The translations under genes and the position numbers were made by a program. DNA of 64,000 nucleotides from Candidatus Bathyarchaeota archaeon (GTDB taxonomy: Archaea > Thermoproteota > Bathyarchaeia > TCS64): the NCBI GenBank assembly GCA_963769425.1, contig CAVYLP010000006.1, forward strand, positions 320,001 through 384,000, read 5' to 3'. Of the stretch, positions 49,585-60,252 are shown in pieces. The notes under the pieces are model-generated. The model made no database searches. It was not told where the DNA came from and saw nothing but the letters and a program-made list of their open reading frames with translations. Numbering within the stretch: the first letter of the stretch is position 1; the number at the start of each line of letters is the position of its first letter.

Positions 49585-49624
49585 GGGCAACCGATTTATC
49601 GCCTGACGCCATTCTAGGTTCAAT

Positions 49625-50767
49625 ATGGATTTTAAGAGGCGACTCACCGGGCTCCAGGCGAAGATGGAGGAGCAGGGTCTAGACCTTGTCGTCTACGGGG
49701 GTAGCCCCGACCTCCAGTACCTGACAGGCGTCAACCTGGAGTGGCGCCGCGGTAGGGACCTCCTCCACCCACAGGACAACGTCTTCGTGCCCCGCAGCGG
49801 GGAGCCCGTCCTCACCATCAACCCGGAGAGCCAACAACAGGCCACCGGGACCTGGATCAAGGACGTACGCGTCACGGAGAAGAACCAGCCCTACGGCGAC
49901 GTCGTCAAGAAGATCGTCTCCGACCTCGGCGTCAAGCCCGGGCGCGTCGCAATAGGCGACTTCTGCTGGGGAAGCACCAGCCTAGAGATAGCGAAGGCCT
50001 GCGCGGGGTCCCGGTTCCGCGTCGGCGAGGGGCTACTCGACAACATGCGGATGATCAAGGAGCCCGAGGAGGTCGCGAAGCTGAAGAGGGCTGCGGAGGT
50101 CACCGAAGCGGTGATGGCCCTCATCTCTCCGCGCATAGTGGAGGGGTTGACGCAAAGGAACCTGCAGATCATGATGGAGATGATGGGAAGGGGGCTCGGC
50201 GCATCGGACGCGAGCTTCCCGCCGACGGGTGGCTACCTTAAAACCGGGACCATACCCTCCGATGACCCGTTCATCTACCCGAAGGAGGCTGGCCTCACAA
50301 AGGGGACGAGTATAGCCTTCGACTTCGGCCTCGTCGTCGACGGCTACTGTAGCGACTGGGGTAGGAGCTTCTACTTCGGCAAGCCTCGCCCCGACATACT
50401 TCAAGCGTACCAGGCCCTCCAGCTCGCCGTCGTCCAGGCGGGCGACGCCGTGGGGGGAGAGATTACCCGCCTCTGCGACTTCTATCCATTCATGGAGAAG
50501 GCGTTGGATAGGGACGGTTACGGTAACTTCCTTAGGAACAGGGTGAAGACGGGTGTGGTCGGCCACCAGATAGGCGTCGAAGTCCATGAGGACCCGTGGC
50601 TCAGACCCGACGTGACCCAGCCGCTCGTCGACGGTATGGTCTTCTGCGTCGAGCCGAAGCTCTGGAGCAAGGGTGAGTACTACCTCAGGGTCGAGGACAT
50701 GATACTGATAAGGAACGGTAAAGCCGAGTTCCTCACCACGTACACCCGTGAGCAGTTCCAGACCTAG
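49625..50767 (+). CDS. M24 family (Xaa-Pro) peptidase
   Basis: DFG...YCSDWGR, GHQIGVEVHE, VEP and RVED. Confidence 0.9.
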   Translation: MDFKRRLTGLQAKMEEQGLDLVVYGGSPDLQYLTGVNLEWRRGRDLLHPQDNVFVPRSGEPVLTINPESQQQATGTWIKDVRVTEKNQPYGDVVKKIVSDLGVKPGRVAIGDFCWGSTSLEIAKACAGSRFRVGEGLLDNMRMIKEPEEVAKLKRAAEVTEAVMALISPRIVEGLTQRNLQIMMEMMGRGLGASDASFPPTGGYLKTGTIPSDDPFIYPKEAGLTKGTSIAFDFGLVVDGYCSDWGRSFYFGKPRPDILQAYQALQLAVVQAGDAVGGEITRLCDFYPFMEKALDRDGYGNFLRNRVKTGVVGHQIGVEVHEDPWLRPDVTQPLVDGMVFCVEPKLWSKGEYYLRVEDMILIRNGKAEFLTTYTREQFQT

Positions 50768-50804
50768 GAAGGATTTTATCGCCACCCGTTCTCTTCTCCC
50801 ATCG

Positions 50805-51407
50805 ATGGCTCCCACTGGCTGGTTCATAGTCTTCGAGGGCGTCGACGGAAGCGGCAAGAGCACGCAGATAGACTTGCTGAGCATGAAGCTCCGCGACCAG
50901 GGGATCGATCACGTCCTTGAGAGGGAGCCGAGCGACGGGAGCATAGGTCGCTTCATCCGCCACTACGCGGAGGCGGGGGACAGGTACCTGAGCCCAGAGT
51001 CTGAGGCCCTGCTCTTCACTGCGGACCGCTTCGAGCACAGCAAGCGCATCAGCCAGATGCTTGATCAAGGCACTACGGTCATCTGTGACAGGTATTACCA
51101 CTCGACGCTCGCCTATCAGGGGGCTGCGGGGGTGGACGTGGCGTGGCTGCGCGACCTGCAGAAGTTCGCGTTGAAACCGGACCTCGCGCTGCTCCTCGAC
51201 GTGGACCCGGAGAGGAGCCTGATGAGGGTCTCGGGGAGGACGCTGACCGTCTTCGAGAACCGGAGCTACCTGATGAGGGTGCGGGACATCTACCTCGATT
51301 TCGCTAAGGCGGGGGAGATGAAGTTGGTAGACACGGCTCGCCCGGTAGATGAGGTCGAGGCTGAGGTTCAGAGGCTCGTCGAGGGCCTCATGGGGTTGAA
51401 GCTCTAA
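50805..51407 (+). CDS. tmk: Thymidylate kinase
   Basis: FEGVDGSGKSTQ, LFTADR and CDRYYHSTLAYQG. Confidence 0.95.
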   Translation: MAPTGWFIVFEGVDGSGKSTQIDLLSMKLRDQGIDHVLEREPSDGSIGRFIRHYAEAGDRYLSPESEALLFTADRFEHSKRISQMLDQGTTVICDRYYHSTLAYQGAAGVDVAWLRDLQKFALKPDLALLLDVDPERSLMRVSGRTLTVFENRSYLMRVRDIYLDFAKAGEMKLVDTARPVDEVEAEVQRLVEGLMGLKL

Positions 51408-51742
51408 GATTTCTTCGGCCTCAACCTTGCTAGAGCGTCGAGCAGGGCGGTTATCGTCTCGGTGAGTTCCCTTATCTCAGCTGGCTCCGTGGCGGCGTCG
51501 AGGCGTCGCTGGAGGAGGACGAGCTTGTTCTGGAGGGTCTTCTCGAGGCTCGCCTCTTGCTTGGCTCCCTCGGGGGTCTCGCCCTCCTTCATCAGCTTGA
51601 CTTCGCGTTTCTCGCGTGGACAGAAGGTCTCGCCGGTTTTGAGCTGGAAGAGGGGGGCGCCGCACTCTGGGCAGGTGGTGCTGAGCATCTTGGCTCCTTG
51701 GCGGAGCATCTCGGCCATCTCCTTCATGCTCTGGTCGGTCAA
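51404..51742 (-). CDS. UPF0148 / autoantigen p27-like Zn-ribbon protein
   Basis: MAEMLRQGAKMLSTTCPECGAPLF...FCP. Confidence 0.88.
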   Translation of the reverse strand: MTDQSMKEMAEMLRQGAKMLSTTCPECGAPLFQLKTGETFCPREKREVKLMKEGETPEGAKQEASLEKTLQNKLVLLQRRLDAATEPAEIRELTETITALLDALARLRPKKS

Positions 51743-52002
51743 GGCGATATAGTCTGGCGAGTGGGGGTATATGTCTGTTCGCGTACGCGTAGCGCGTCGT
51801 TGTAACCTGCTACCCCATGATAAGAGAAAAAAATGTTTTACGAACTTGGTAGCGAATATGTGCTCCTTTTGACTGGATCGGATCGCCAACGGGGTATTAA
51901 TTAGGCGTATTTTCATCAGTGGGTCATGTTTTCTGGTTATTTACCCGACCCCCTTCCCACCGTGATCCGTGATTTATTAAACACGTTTGGCACTAGAGAA
52001 CC

Positions 52003-52359
52003 ATGGAGTCTAAGAAGTTCAAGACGGTTGACGAGTACATAGCCTCGTTCCCGCCGGAGGTCAGGGGGGTCCTTGAGAAGGTCAGGGCGGTGGTGAGGAA
52101 GGCGGCTCCGGGAGCCGAGGAGAAGATCAGCTACGGGATGCCCGCCTACAAGCTCAAGCACCCCCTCGTCTACTTCGCGGCGCACACGAACCACATAGGG
52201 CTCTACCCGACACCCTCGGCGACTGGGGCGTTCGCCAAGGAGCTAGAGCCCTACGAATCGGGAAAGGGCTCCATCAAGTTCCCACTCGACACGCCGATCC
52301 CATACGACCTGATCAGGAGGATCGTCGAGTTTAGGGTCAAGGAAGAGGAAAGAAAATAG
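52003..52359 (+). CDS. DUF1801 (YdhG-like) protein
   Basis: TVDEYI, EKISYGMPAY, HIGLYP and KGSIKFP. Confidence 0.9.
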   Translation: MESKKFKTVDEYIASFPPEVRGVLEKVRAVVRKAAPGAEEKISYGMPAYKLKHPLVYFAAHTNHIGLYPTPSATGAFAKELEPYESGKGSIKFPLDTPIPYDLIRRIVEFRVKEEERK

Positions 52360-52524
52360 ACGCTTTTGCCCAAAACGTTTTCAATTGTTCTCCCGGGGAC
52401 CAGGCGCGCTGTTAGTCGGGAATAGTCTTATCACCGCGTCGGGGCATAGTTGATGAGGAATTGCCGCTTGAAGAACGAAGCCCAGCCGGTTGGCCGAGCC
52501 GACCTCTTCAAGGAGTGATGAGGC

Positions 52525-53391
52525 TTGGGGAGTAGACGTCTCGGCTTCAAGCTGGAGACGCCCCTGATCGACCTCGAGATCGCCCTCGAGGAGCTGGCGC
52601 GACTCCACATCCATGAGGAGATTATCCCCGAGAAGATGCTCGAGCTCGTGGCGAAGATGCCGGGGGACGGTGTCTTCATCCACCCCATCATAGTCGACTC
52701 GCGGAGCCTCGTCGTCCTCGACGGGATGCACCGGGTCGCCGCCGCAAACGAGATCGGGTTCCGATACATCCCCATCTGCCTCGTAGACTACGCCAACCCG
52801 CACATACAGATCGGCTGTTGGTACAGGATGTTCACGGGCCTCGACGACGAGGGGGAGGCGGCTGAGGCGATCCGAGAGGCCGGCCTCGAACCCGTGGAGG
52901 AGAGCTACGAGGACGCCCACGCGATGGTGGAGAGGCGCGAGACCGTCCTGGCCCTTTTCTCGGATTCTTGGAGCCTCGCCGCCCATGGGGAAGCCGCGGA
53001 CATCAAGGCGAGATACGACGCCGTGAAGAGGATGGAGAGGACCCTGCAGGGGCGCGGACACGAGATGGGGTACAGCACTGACAGGGACGCGCGCTCCCGG
53101 GTGGCCTCAGGGGAGTACTCCTCGGGCATGATGACGCCCACCGTCACGAAGAGTGAGGTCGTCGAGACCGCCCTCGCCGGCAGGGTCTTCGCCCAGAAGA
53201 CGACGCGCCACATAATCCCCGCGAGGCCGATGAACGTCAACGTCCCGATAGCGTGGCTGGGCGGGGGCATGAGGCTCGAAGAGGCGAACACACGCCTGCG
53301 TGAGCACCTCGCATCTAGGAGGATTGAGATACTCCCCCCGGGGCAGATCATCGACAGGCGCTACGACGAGGAACTCTACGTCTTCAAGTAG
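52525..53391 (+). CDS. ParB/Srx-fold protein, SerK (L-serine kinase)-like
   Basis: HEE, PIIVD, LDGMHR, VDY...CWY and FAQKTTRH match the SerK layout. Confidence 0.75.
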   Translation: MGSRRLGFKLETPLIDLEIALEELARLHIHEEIIPEKMLELVAKMPGDGVFIHPIIVDSRSLVVLDGMHRVAAANEIGFRYIPICLVDYANPHIQIGCWYRMFTGLDDEGEAAEAIREAGLEPVEESYEDAHAMVERRETVLALFSDSWSLAAHGEAADIKARYDAVKRMERTLQGRGHEMGYSTDRDARSRVASGEYSSGMMTPTVTKSEVVETALAGRVFAQKTTRHIIPARPMNVNVPIAWLGGGMRLEEANTRLREHLASRRIEILPPGQIIDRRYDEELYVFK

Positions 53392-53452
53392 GGCGCCCAT
53401 CTCCCAACATTAAAACCCCCGCGGCGAAACGCTACTAAATCAGGCGACACCG

Positions 53453-54463
53453 ATGGCGACGTGGACGGATAGGCTCAAGCACGACCCCATCAAATCGCTG
53501 GCCAACTGCGCCTACCCCGCCATCAGGTATTATGCGCGGCGCGACCTCCTCGGCGAGAAAGTGGAGCCAATTCAGACACTATGGGCGCTGCCCGACCCGG
53601 CGAAGCTCCTGAGGCACCAGCAGGGGGACGGCTCGTGGACGGTGCCCCCGAACTACCAGGAGAAGAGCCCCGACGTCAACTACCCCCTCGTCGAGACCTT
53701 CAGGCGCATCCGCGAGCTAGTCGGCAAGTACGAGCTCAACAGGTCGCACCCCGCCATCTCCAAGGCGGCGGAGTTCGTCTTCACCTGCCAGACTGGAGAA
53801 GGGGACATCCGAGGCTTCTACGTCGACCAGTATGCGCCCCACTACACGGGACTCTACACGGAGCTCCTCGTGAGAGCAGGTTACGGCGAAGACCCGCGCA
53901 TCGCTAGGGCCATCGAGTGGCTCGTCGCCCACAGGCAGGGGGACGGGGGCTGGGTCTATCCGCCACTCGCCGCGGGGATAAGCTGGGCCGAGGAGGTCTA
54001 CATCTCTGGCCACCACGCCGAGGCGATACCCTTCGACGCCTCGAAGCCCAGCAGCCACAACATAACCGGCATGGCGCTACGCGGGCTCGTCTGCCAGCCG
54101 GGATACGCGCGAATCCCCGAGGCGCGGAGGGCGGGCGAATTCCTCGCTAACCGCTTCTTCCAGAAGGACTCTTACACCTCCTACGAGGCCGGCGACTACT
54201 GGGTCAGGTTCCTCTACCCGTGGTGGTGGAACAACCTGATCATGGCCCTCGACTCCCTCCACCGCATCGGCTTCACCGCGGACCACCCGAGGGTCCGGGA
54301 GGGGATCGAATGGCTCGCCGAGCACCAGTCCCCCGACGGCCTCTGGGAGAACAGCTACAAGAAGGGCGCCAAGACGTACGAGACCGAGAGCGCCGCCGAG
54401 GGCAGGCTCTGGGTGAGCCTGGCAATCTGCAGGGTCCTGAAGAGTTACGGGAAAAACGGGTAG
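53453..54463 (+). CDS. Prenyltransferase/squalene-cyclase (QW) repeat alpha-barrel protein
   Basis: QQGDGSW, RQGDGGW and QSPDGLW repeats. Confidence 0.8.
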   Translation: MATWTDRLKHDPIKSLANCAYPAIRYYARRDLLGEKVEPIQTLWALPDPAKLLRHQQGDGSWTVPPNYQEKSPDVNYPLVETFRRIRELVGKYELNRSHPAISKAAEFVFTCQTGEGDIRGFYVDQYAPHYTGLYTELLVRAGYGEDPRIARAIEWLVAHRQGDGGWVYPPLAAGISWAEEVYISGHHAEAIPFDASKPSSHNITGMALRGLVCQPGYARIPEARRAGEFLANRFFQKDSYTSYEAGDYWVRFLYPWWWNNLIMALDSLHRIGFTADHPRVREGIEWLAEHQSPDGLWENSYKKGAKTYETESAAEGRLWVSLAICRVLKSYGKNG

Positions 54464-54476
54464 ATGCGCTTAGCCT

Positions 54477-55791
54477 CTAGATCTTCATCTTGTTGAGCTT
54501 GCCCTCGATGACTTCCATGCCCATGTACTTCTGGAGCGCCTTCGGCACCCTGATGGTGCCGTCCTCCTGCTGGTACTGCTCCATAATCATGATCATGGTC
54601 CTCGAGGTCGCTATTGCGGTGTTGTTGAGGGTGTGGACGAAGCCGACGGGGGCCTGCCCCTCCTTCATCCTGTAGCGGACGTTCAGGCGACGCGCCTGGT
54701 AGTCGGTGCAGTTGCTGTTGCTGCCCACCTCGCGGTACTCGCCGTCCGCCATCCACGCCTCCGTGTCGTACTTCTTCGCCGCGATGCTCCCGATGTCGCC
54801 GGTGCAGACGTTCACGACGCGGTAGTGGATGCCGAGCCCCTCGTAGAGGGCCTCGCTGTTCCTCTGAAGCTCCTCGTGGAGCGTCCAGCTCTGCTCGGGG
54901 AGGCAGAAGATGAACTGCTCGATCTTGTTGAACTGGTGGACGCGGAATATGCCCTTCGTGTACTTGCCGTGGCTCCCGATCTCCCTGCGGAAGCAGGGGG
55001 AGACGCCGCACATCTTTATGGGCAGCTGGTCCGCGTTCAGTATCTCGTCCTTCAGCATCGCGCCCATCGGGTGCTCGCTTGTGGCGATGAGGTAGAGTGG
55101 GTCCTTGACGTTCTCCGCGTCGTCTATCTTGTACATGACGTTCTCGAAGTCGGCGAGGTCGGTGACGCCCTCGTAGAAGCTCCTCCTGATCATGTAGGGC
55201 GGCTCGATGAGGCTGTATCCCCTGCTGAGAAGGAGGTCCATTGCGTACCTCATCACAGAGTAGTCTAGGAGCGCCATCTCGTTGCGCAGGTAGTAGAACC
55301 CGGTGCCCGTCACCTTCGCGGCCCTCTCGAAGTCGGCTATGCCAAGGTTCTGGGAGAGCTCGGCGTGACTACTCGGCGAGAACCCGAACCTCGGCGGCTC
55401 ACCCCAGACCTTGACGACGACGTTGTCCTTGTCGTCCTTACCGTAGGGCACGGACTCGTGGAGCATGTTCGGCAGCCTCATGAGGCCGTTCCTCACGAAG
55501 ACCTGCCTCTCCTCGAGCTCGGACTCGACTGACCTTTATCTCCTCCGGGATCTTACTCGCCTCGGACTTGAGGGACGATGCGTCCTTCCCCGCCTTCATG
55601 GCCTGGGCTATCTCCTGGCTCACCTCGTTCCGCCTCTTGCGGAGCTGGTTAGCCTTAGCAGTCAACTCGCGCCACCGCTTATCCGCGGCGATCACCTGGT
55701 CGAGGAGCTCCAGCTTCTCGGGCTGCTGCCTACGCTCCAGGTTGGCGCGCACCACATCAGGGGTCTCCCTGATCAGCTTGATGTCAAGCAA
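54477..55791 (-). CDS. serS: Seryl-tRNA synthetase; frameshift near 55525
   Basis: MLDIKLIRE coiled-coil arm; LIATSEH, CFRREIG, RVHQF, EVGSNSNCTDYQARR and HTLNNTA. Confidence 0.96.
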
Positions 55792-55885
55792 CTACAGTCA
55801 CGCAACCAAAAGGAGCCCGCTTGGTGAATTTAGAAGTTAGGGTCCCGGGCATGGTTTATTATCCACTGATCCCGTCGAAGCACAG

Positions 55886-56200
55886 GTGACTGTTGTGAAG
55901 TTCATAGCGTTCCTCGAGTGCTCGTCGGAGGATCTGGACGACTTCATAGAGATATGGAGGAGGAGGACGAAGGCGGGGCACACGGTGAAGACGCTTTTCC
56001 CGCCGCACACGATGGCGAACACCCCGAAGGGGTACTCGGGCTTCACTATCTTCGAGACGGATGACCCGGACGACATCATGCACTACGTGACAGAGTACGG
56101 GCAGGTAGCGAGCGTGCAGGTCTACCCAATCTGGGAGTCCCAGAAAGGCGCGGAGCTCTACCAGAAGCTCAAACTCCCGATGAAGAAGAGCGCCAAGTAG
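55886..56200 (+). CDS. Small hypothetical protein (DUF3303-like)
   Basis: GFTIFETDD...VYPI pattern; coding-like composition. Confidence 0.55.
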   Translation: MTVVKFIAFLECSSEDLDDFIEIWRRRTKAGHTVKTLFPPHTMANTPKGYSGFTIFETDDPDDIMHYVTEYGQVASVQVYPIWESQKGAELYQKLKLPMKKSAK

Positions 56201-56282
56201 ACCGCGACACCCAGTTTCACCCGGGTCCCCCCTGCGCGGTGGTGCGCAACCCCTTTTAACGCTGACGGAGCTGAGACTCGCG

Positions 56283-56480
56283 GTGAAGCACATGGAGTCA
56301 GCCTCAAGCTACCAGATGGGCGCCTTCGAGGCCCTAGAGTGGGCTTGGCACCTCCTCAGGACGCAGAAGGAGCACAGCGGATCCGTCGACGACGCATTCA
56401 GCACGGTCCAGAAGCTCCTCGCAGAGGTTGGCAAGGGTGGAGACGTCGACTTCCGCAAGGAGATCAGCCGCCTCCAGTAG
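56283..56480 (+). CDS. Small hypothetical protein
   Basis: 65 aa ORF with normal codon usage, downstream of a TATA-like TTTTAA. Confidence 0.55.
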   Translation: MKHMESASSYQMGAFEALEWAWHLLRTQKEHSGSVDDAFSTVQKLLAEVGKGGDVDFRKEISRLQ

Positions 56481-56525
56481 ATTTCTCTGGAAAACCATTA
56501 ATCACGACGCCCCAACTATCTGGAC

Positions 56526-57767
56526 ATGGCCCAGAACGTCCCGGTGAAAGTGGTCAAGAACGCGTACCTCATCGATGGGACGGGTAAGAAACCCGTCAAG
56601 GATGTAACTATTCTAATCAAGGGCACCACGATCGAGGAGGTCGGGAAGACCATCGACGCCCCGAGCGGGGCCGAGGTCATCGACGCGGCAGGCAAGACGG
56701 TGATGCCCGGGCTCATCGACGCCCACGTCCACATCTGCAGCAACGGTGACCCGAGCGTACTCAGCGCCCTCAGCTACCCGCCCGGCCTCGTCCAGCTCTT
56801 TGGCGCCCACAACGCGGCGAAGACCCTTGACGCGGGCTACACGACCATCAGGGATATGGGTGCGCCCGGTGGGTTCGCCCTCAGTCTCAAGAAGGCGATC
56901 GAGATGGGGGTTGCGAGGGGGCCGAGGATCGTCGCCCCCGGTAGGATCATCAGCATGACGGGGGGTCACGCCGACTTTTATCTCCCCAGCGGCGTCAGTT
57001 ACAACGACATGACCCTCGTCAGCGACGGCCCTGTTGAGACGAGGAAGTCAACAAGAGTCAACCTCCGCGAAGGGGCCGATTTCATAAAGATATGCACAAG
57101 CGGCGGCGTCATGAGCCCGAGCGACCCCGTTGACACACCCCAGTTCACTGTCGATGAGATCAAGGCGGTCAGTGATGAAGCCTACCACGTGGGTAAGTTC
57201 GTGGCTAGCCACGCACACGGCCCTACAGGGATTATGAACGCCATCATGGGTGGCGTGAAGAGCATAGAGCACGGGAGCATCCAAACTAAGGAAACGGTGA
57301 AGGCGATGGCGGAACATGACGTCATCCAGGTCCCAACCCTAGTCGCCTCGTGGAACATCCTCCAGAAGGGCACTGCGGGCGGTATCCCAGAATGGGCCGT
57401 TGCAAAGGCGAAGGAGATCGCCGAGTACCCACCGATAAGCCTGATGCTCTGCTACAAAGCGGGCGTCAAGGTGGCGGCGGGTACCGACGCTGGGACCCCA
57501 TTCAACCGCCACGGTGATAATGCGAAGGAACTGGAGCTCATGGTCGTCGCCGGCCTCAAGCCTCTTGAGGCTATAACCTGCGCCACGAAGATCGGCGCCG
57601 AGGCATGCTACCTCGGGGCGAAGACGGGCACTCTTGAGAAGGGGAAGTGGGCCGACCTCATCGTCGTCGACGGCGACCCAACTGCGGACGTGAAGATACT
57701 TCAGGATAGGGCGAAGATACGCCTCGTTATGAAGGCGGGCAGTGTTGAGGTCGATAGGGGCAATTAG
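56526..57767 (+). CDS. Amidohydrolase family (metal-dependent, prolidase-like)
   Basis: PGLIDAHVH, IKI, SHAHG, SIEHG and AGTDAG. Confidence 0.92.
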   Translation: MAQNVPVKVVKNAYLIDGTGKKPVKDVTILIKGTTIEEVGKTIDAPSGAEVIDAAGKTVMPGLIDAHVHICSNGDPSVLSALSYPPGLVQLFGAHNAAKTLDAGYTTIRDMGAPGGFALSLKKAIEMGVARGPRIVAPGRIISMTGGHADFYLPSGVSYNDMTLVSDGPVETRKSTRVNLREGADFIKICTSGGVMSPSDPVDTPQFTVDEIKAVSDEAYHVGKFVASHAHGPTGIMNAIMGGVKSIEHGSIQTKETVKAMAEHDVIQVPTLVASWNILQKGTAGGIPEWAVAKAKEIAEYPPISLMLCYKAGVKVAAGTDAGTPFNRHGDNAKELELMVVAGLKPLEAITCATKIGAEACYLGAKTGTLEKGKWADLIVVDGDPTADVKILQDRAKIRLVMKAGSVEVDRGN

Positions 57768-57770
57768 TCG

Positions 57771-58454
57771 ATGGAGATTAGGCATCTGAGCCTCCTCGAG
57801 GGGGCGCGAAAGGCGGAGGGCACCGCCGTCATCATAGACGTTTTCCGGGCGTTCACGACGGCCGCCTTCGTAATGGCGAACGGCGCCGAGACGATAATCC
57901 CAGTTGGCACCGTCGACGAGGCGCTGGAGTTGCGCCGCCGTAACCCCGAGTGGATCGTCATGGGCGAGGTCCACGGCCACAAAGTCCCCGACTTTGACTA
58001 CGGCAACAGCCCCGACGAGGTGAGCCGCATTGACTTCACCGGAAGAACCGTGATCCAGCGGACGAGCAGCGGTGTCCAGGGGATACTCGCCGCCTCCGGC
58101 GCTGAGGAGGTACTGCTGGGGAGCTTTGTTACCGCCGAGGCCACGGTCAAATACATTAAGAGAGAAGACCCGGCCGTCGTCTCCCTCGTCGCCATGGGCT
58201 GGGAGGGGGAATACGAGGCCATAGAGGACGAGCTATACGCCGAATACCTTGACACGAGGCTTCTAGGGGGGCACCCCGACTTCGCCGACATCGCGAGGAG
58301 GATCAGGGCTGATCCGCAGGGGGCGAAGTTCTTCGACCCGACGCAGACGAGCTTCAGGGAGGGGGACTTCCACGCCGCGATGAGCCTCGACAGGTTCTGC
58401 TTTGCCCTCAGGGTTAACAGGGGGCCGCCGATGCGCGTCGAGAAGGCCCGATGA
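57771..58454 (+). CDS. comB: 2-phosphosulfolactate phosphatase (ComB) family
   Basis: IIDVFRAFTT, DYGNSP, TSSGV and EDELYA. Confidence 0.88.
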   Translation: MEIRHLSLLEGARKAEGTAVIIDVFRAFTTAAFVMANGAETIIPVGTVDEALELRRRNPEWIVMGEVHGHKVPDFDYGNSPDEVSRIDFTGRTVIQRTSSGVQGILAASGAEEVLLGSFVTAEATVKYIKREDPAVVSLVAMGWEGEYEAIEDELYAEYLDTRLLGGHPDFADIARRIRADPQGAKFFDPTQTSFREGDFHAAMSLDRFCFALRVNRGPPMRVEKAR

Positions 58455-58494
58455 CTCTTTTTAAGCTCTAGAGTCTATTGTTTATCCGATTCTC

Positions 58495-58917
58495 ATGCGT
58501 GTCTCCGAAATCATGACCAAGGCGCCCGTCACCCTCTCTCCCGCGGCGATGGCGGACGAGGTCGCGAACATCATGTGCGAGAAGGGGATAAGCAGCGTAA
58601 TCCTCGTCACGAACGGGAAGCCGGTTGGCATAGTCACCGAGCGTGACCTCGTCCACAGGGTACTCGCTCCGGGGAAGGACCCGAAGAGGCTCATGGCGGC
58701 CGATATCTGCACCAAGCCCGTCGTCGCCGTCTCAATCCACTGCCAGGTTGAGGACGCCGTCGACACCATGCACAGGAACAAGATAAGGCGTTTAGTTGTG
58801 ATAGACAGCAACGACCACGTCGCCGGGATTATCACGACCGACGACATAGGCTACAACCTAAGGAGCATGAGCGAGGAGCTCGCCATGAAGTATCTGAGCC
58901 TCGCGAAGAGGAAGTAG
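58495..58917 (+). CDS. CBS-pair protein
   Basis: GIVTERDL and GIITTDD. Confidence 0.92.
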   Translation: MRVSEIMTKAPVTLSPAAMADEVANIMCEKGISSVILVTNGKPVGIVTERDLVHRVLAPGKDPKRLMAADICTKPVVAVSIHCQVEDAVDTMHRNKIRRLVVIDSNDHVAGIITTDDIGYNLRSMSEELAMKYLSLAKRK

Positions 58918-58994
58918 CTCTCGGGGAGTGGAGTTATTGCTCCATTCAAGTTTTAAGCTGAACCGCCACGTGTCTCTGTAAGGGGGTCCAGTGT

Positions 58995-60074
58995 GTGAAG
59001 ATCGACCCTTTCAGGTTGGAGCGCTGGCTACTCGAGAAGGCCGAGATTGACCTTGGAGGCGGTGGCGTGGCGAAGCTCCAGCTCAGGGAGGTGGTCCCCC
59101 AGTTGTCGAGCGAGACCCCGCTGAGGTATGGTCGGACATGCGGCTCCGACGCCCTTAGAGGTCTCGTCGCTGAGTGGTACGGGGTCGAGGCGGAGAACGT
59201 CCTAATCACCTCCGGGACGAGTGAGGCGAACCTGCTCGTCAACCTCACTCTCCTCGAGCCGGGGGACGAGTACTTCACCGAGGTCCCACAGTACGAGCAG
59301 ACGACGGCCTTCGTCAGGATGCTTGGGGCGAAGGTGAAGCCCTTCCACCTCGTCGAGGAGAAGGGCTGGGCTCCCGACCTCGAGGAGCTCAAGGGGAGGA
59401 TGAACCGCCGGACGAAGCTTGTCTTCCTTGATAACCCGAATAATCCGACTGGGGCAGTTATGAGTCAGGGGGATATACAGGCGCTCTGCGAGATTGCGGA
59501 GAGGGTCGGCGCCTACGTGCACTGCGACAACGCCCTGAGGGGCTCGGAGGCGGATGGTAAGCCAGCCGCGACACCCGAGTTCTACGAGAGGGGAGTGGTG
59601 ACGGGGAGCATAAGCAAGCTCGGCGCCACGAGCCCCCGCATCGGCTGGATAGTGGCGGATAAGGAGGTCATCGAGCGGTGCTGGGTGATGAAGGACTACA
59701 CGACGCTGAGCCATTGCGGCATCGGCGAGGGGATAGCGGAGAGGCTGATGACGAACCGGGCGCGGTACCTGAAGAGGAACCTCGCGATCAGGCAGGCGAA
59801 CGCCGCGACCTGGGCTGCGTGGTATAAGGAGAACTCCGACCTCGTCACCTGCGTGGAGCCGGACGCGGGCTTCACGGTCTTCCCAAAGTACAGGAACCGC
59901 CTCGGTTCAACGAAGTTCTCGGAGAGGCTCCTGAAGGAGGAAGGGGTGCTGGTGAGCCCCGGCGACCAGTTCGGGGTGGAGAGGCACCTGAGGATCAACA
60001 TCGGTGCGAAGGGGGAGACGCTGGGGAACGGGCTGGAGCGCATCGGCAGGTTCATGCGCAGGATATTGAAGTAG
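58995..60074 (+). CDS. PLP aminotransferase class I/II
   Basis: NPNNPTG and GSISKLG...RIGW. Confidence 0.9.
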   Translation: MKIDPFRLERWLLEKAEIDLGGGGVAKLQLREVVPQLSSETPLRYGRTCGSDALRGLVAEWYGVEAENVLITSGTSEANLLVNLTLLEPGDEYFTEVPQYEQTTAFVRMLGAKVKPFHLVEEKGWAPDLEELKGRMNRRTKLVFLDNPNNPTGAVMSQGDIQALCEIAERVGAYVHCDNALRGSEADGKPAATPEFYERGVVTGSISKLGATSPRIGWIVADKEVIERCWVMKDYTTLSHCGIGEGIAERLMTNRARYLKRNLAIRQANAATWAAWYKENSDLVTCVEPDAGFTVFPKYRNRLGSTKFSERLLKEEGVLVSPGDQFGVERHLRINIGAKGETLGNGLERIGRFMRRILK

Positions 60075-60252
60075 CTCCGCGTGCGTGCATGAGGGTGGAT
60101 CCTTCGCCATCGCCACGTCTTTGGTTATTCTCGTCCCTTTTCGGGTTTAGCGGGTTTTTCTGGTTCCTTTGGTGGCGGAGGTGCGGCGGAATCCGTCGCT
60201 GGCTTGTGGATGAGGTCTATATCCTCGGCTCCCCCTGTTTATCAGGGTCTGG

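Noticed and set aside
52525-53391. ParB partition protein acting on the repeat arrays
   Set aside because: It has no HTH DNA-binding domain or parA neighbour, and its motifs match SerK-type kinases.
1-55791. Programmed frameshifting or mass pseudogenisation (rpoB, rpl37e, PIG-V-like GT, dsrE, hppA, thiL, CoA-transferase, MFS, metF, radical SAM, acnX, serS)
   Set aside because: These are single-base indels, mostly in short homopolymers, hitting essential genes with no shared slippery motif, which is typical of unpolished long-read assembly. Read mapping would confirm.
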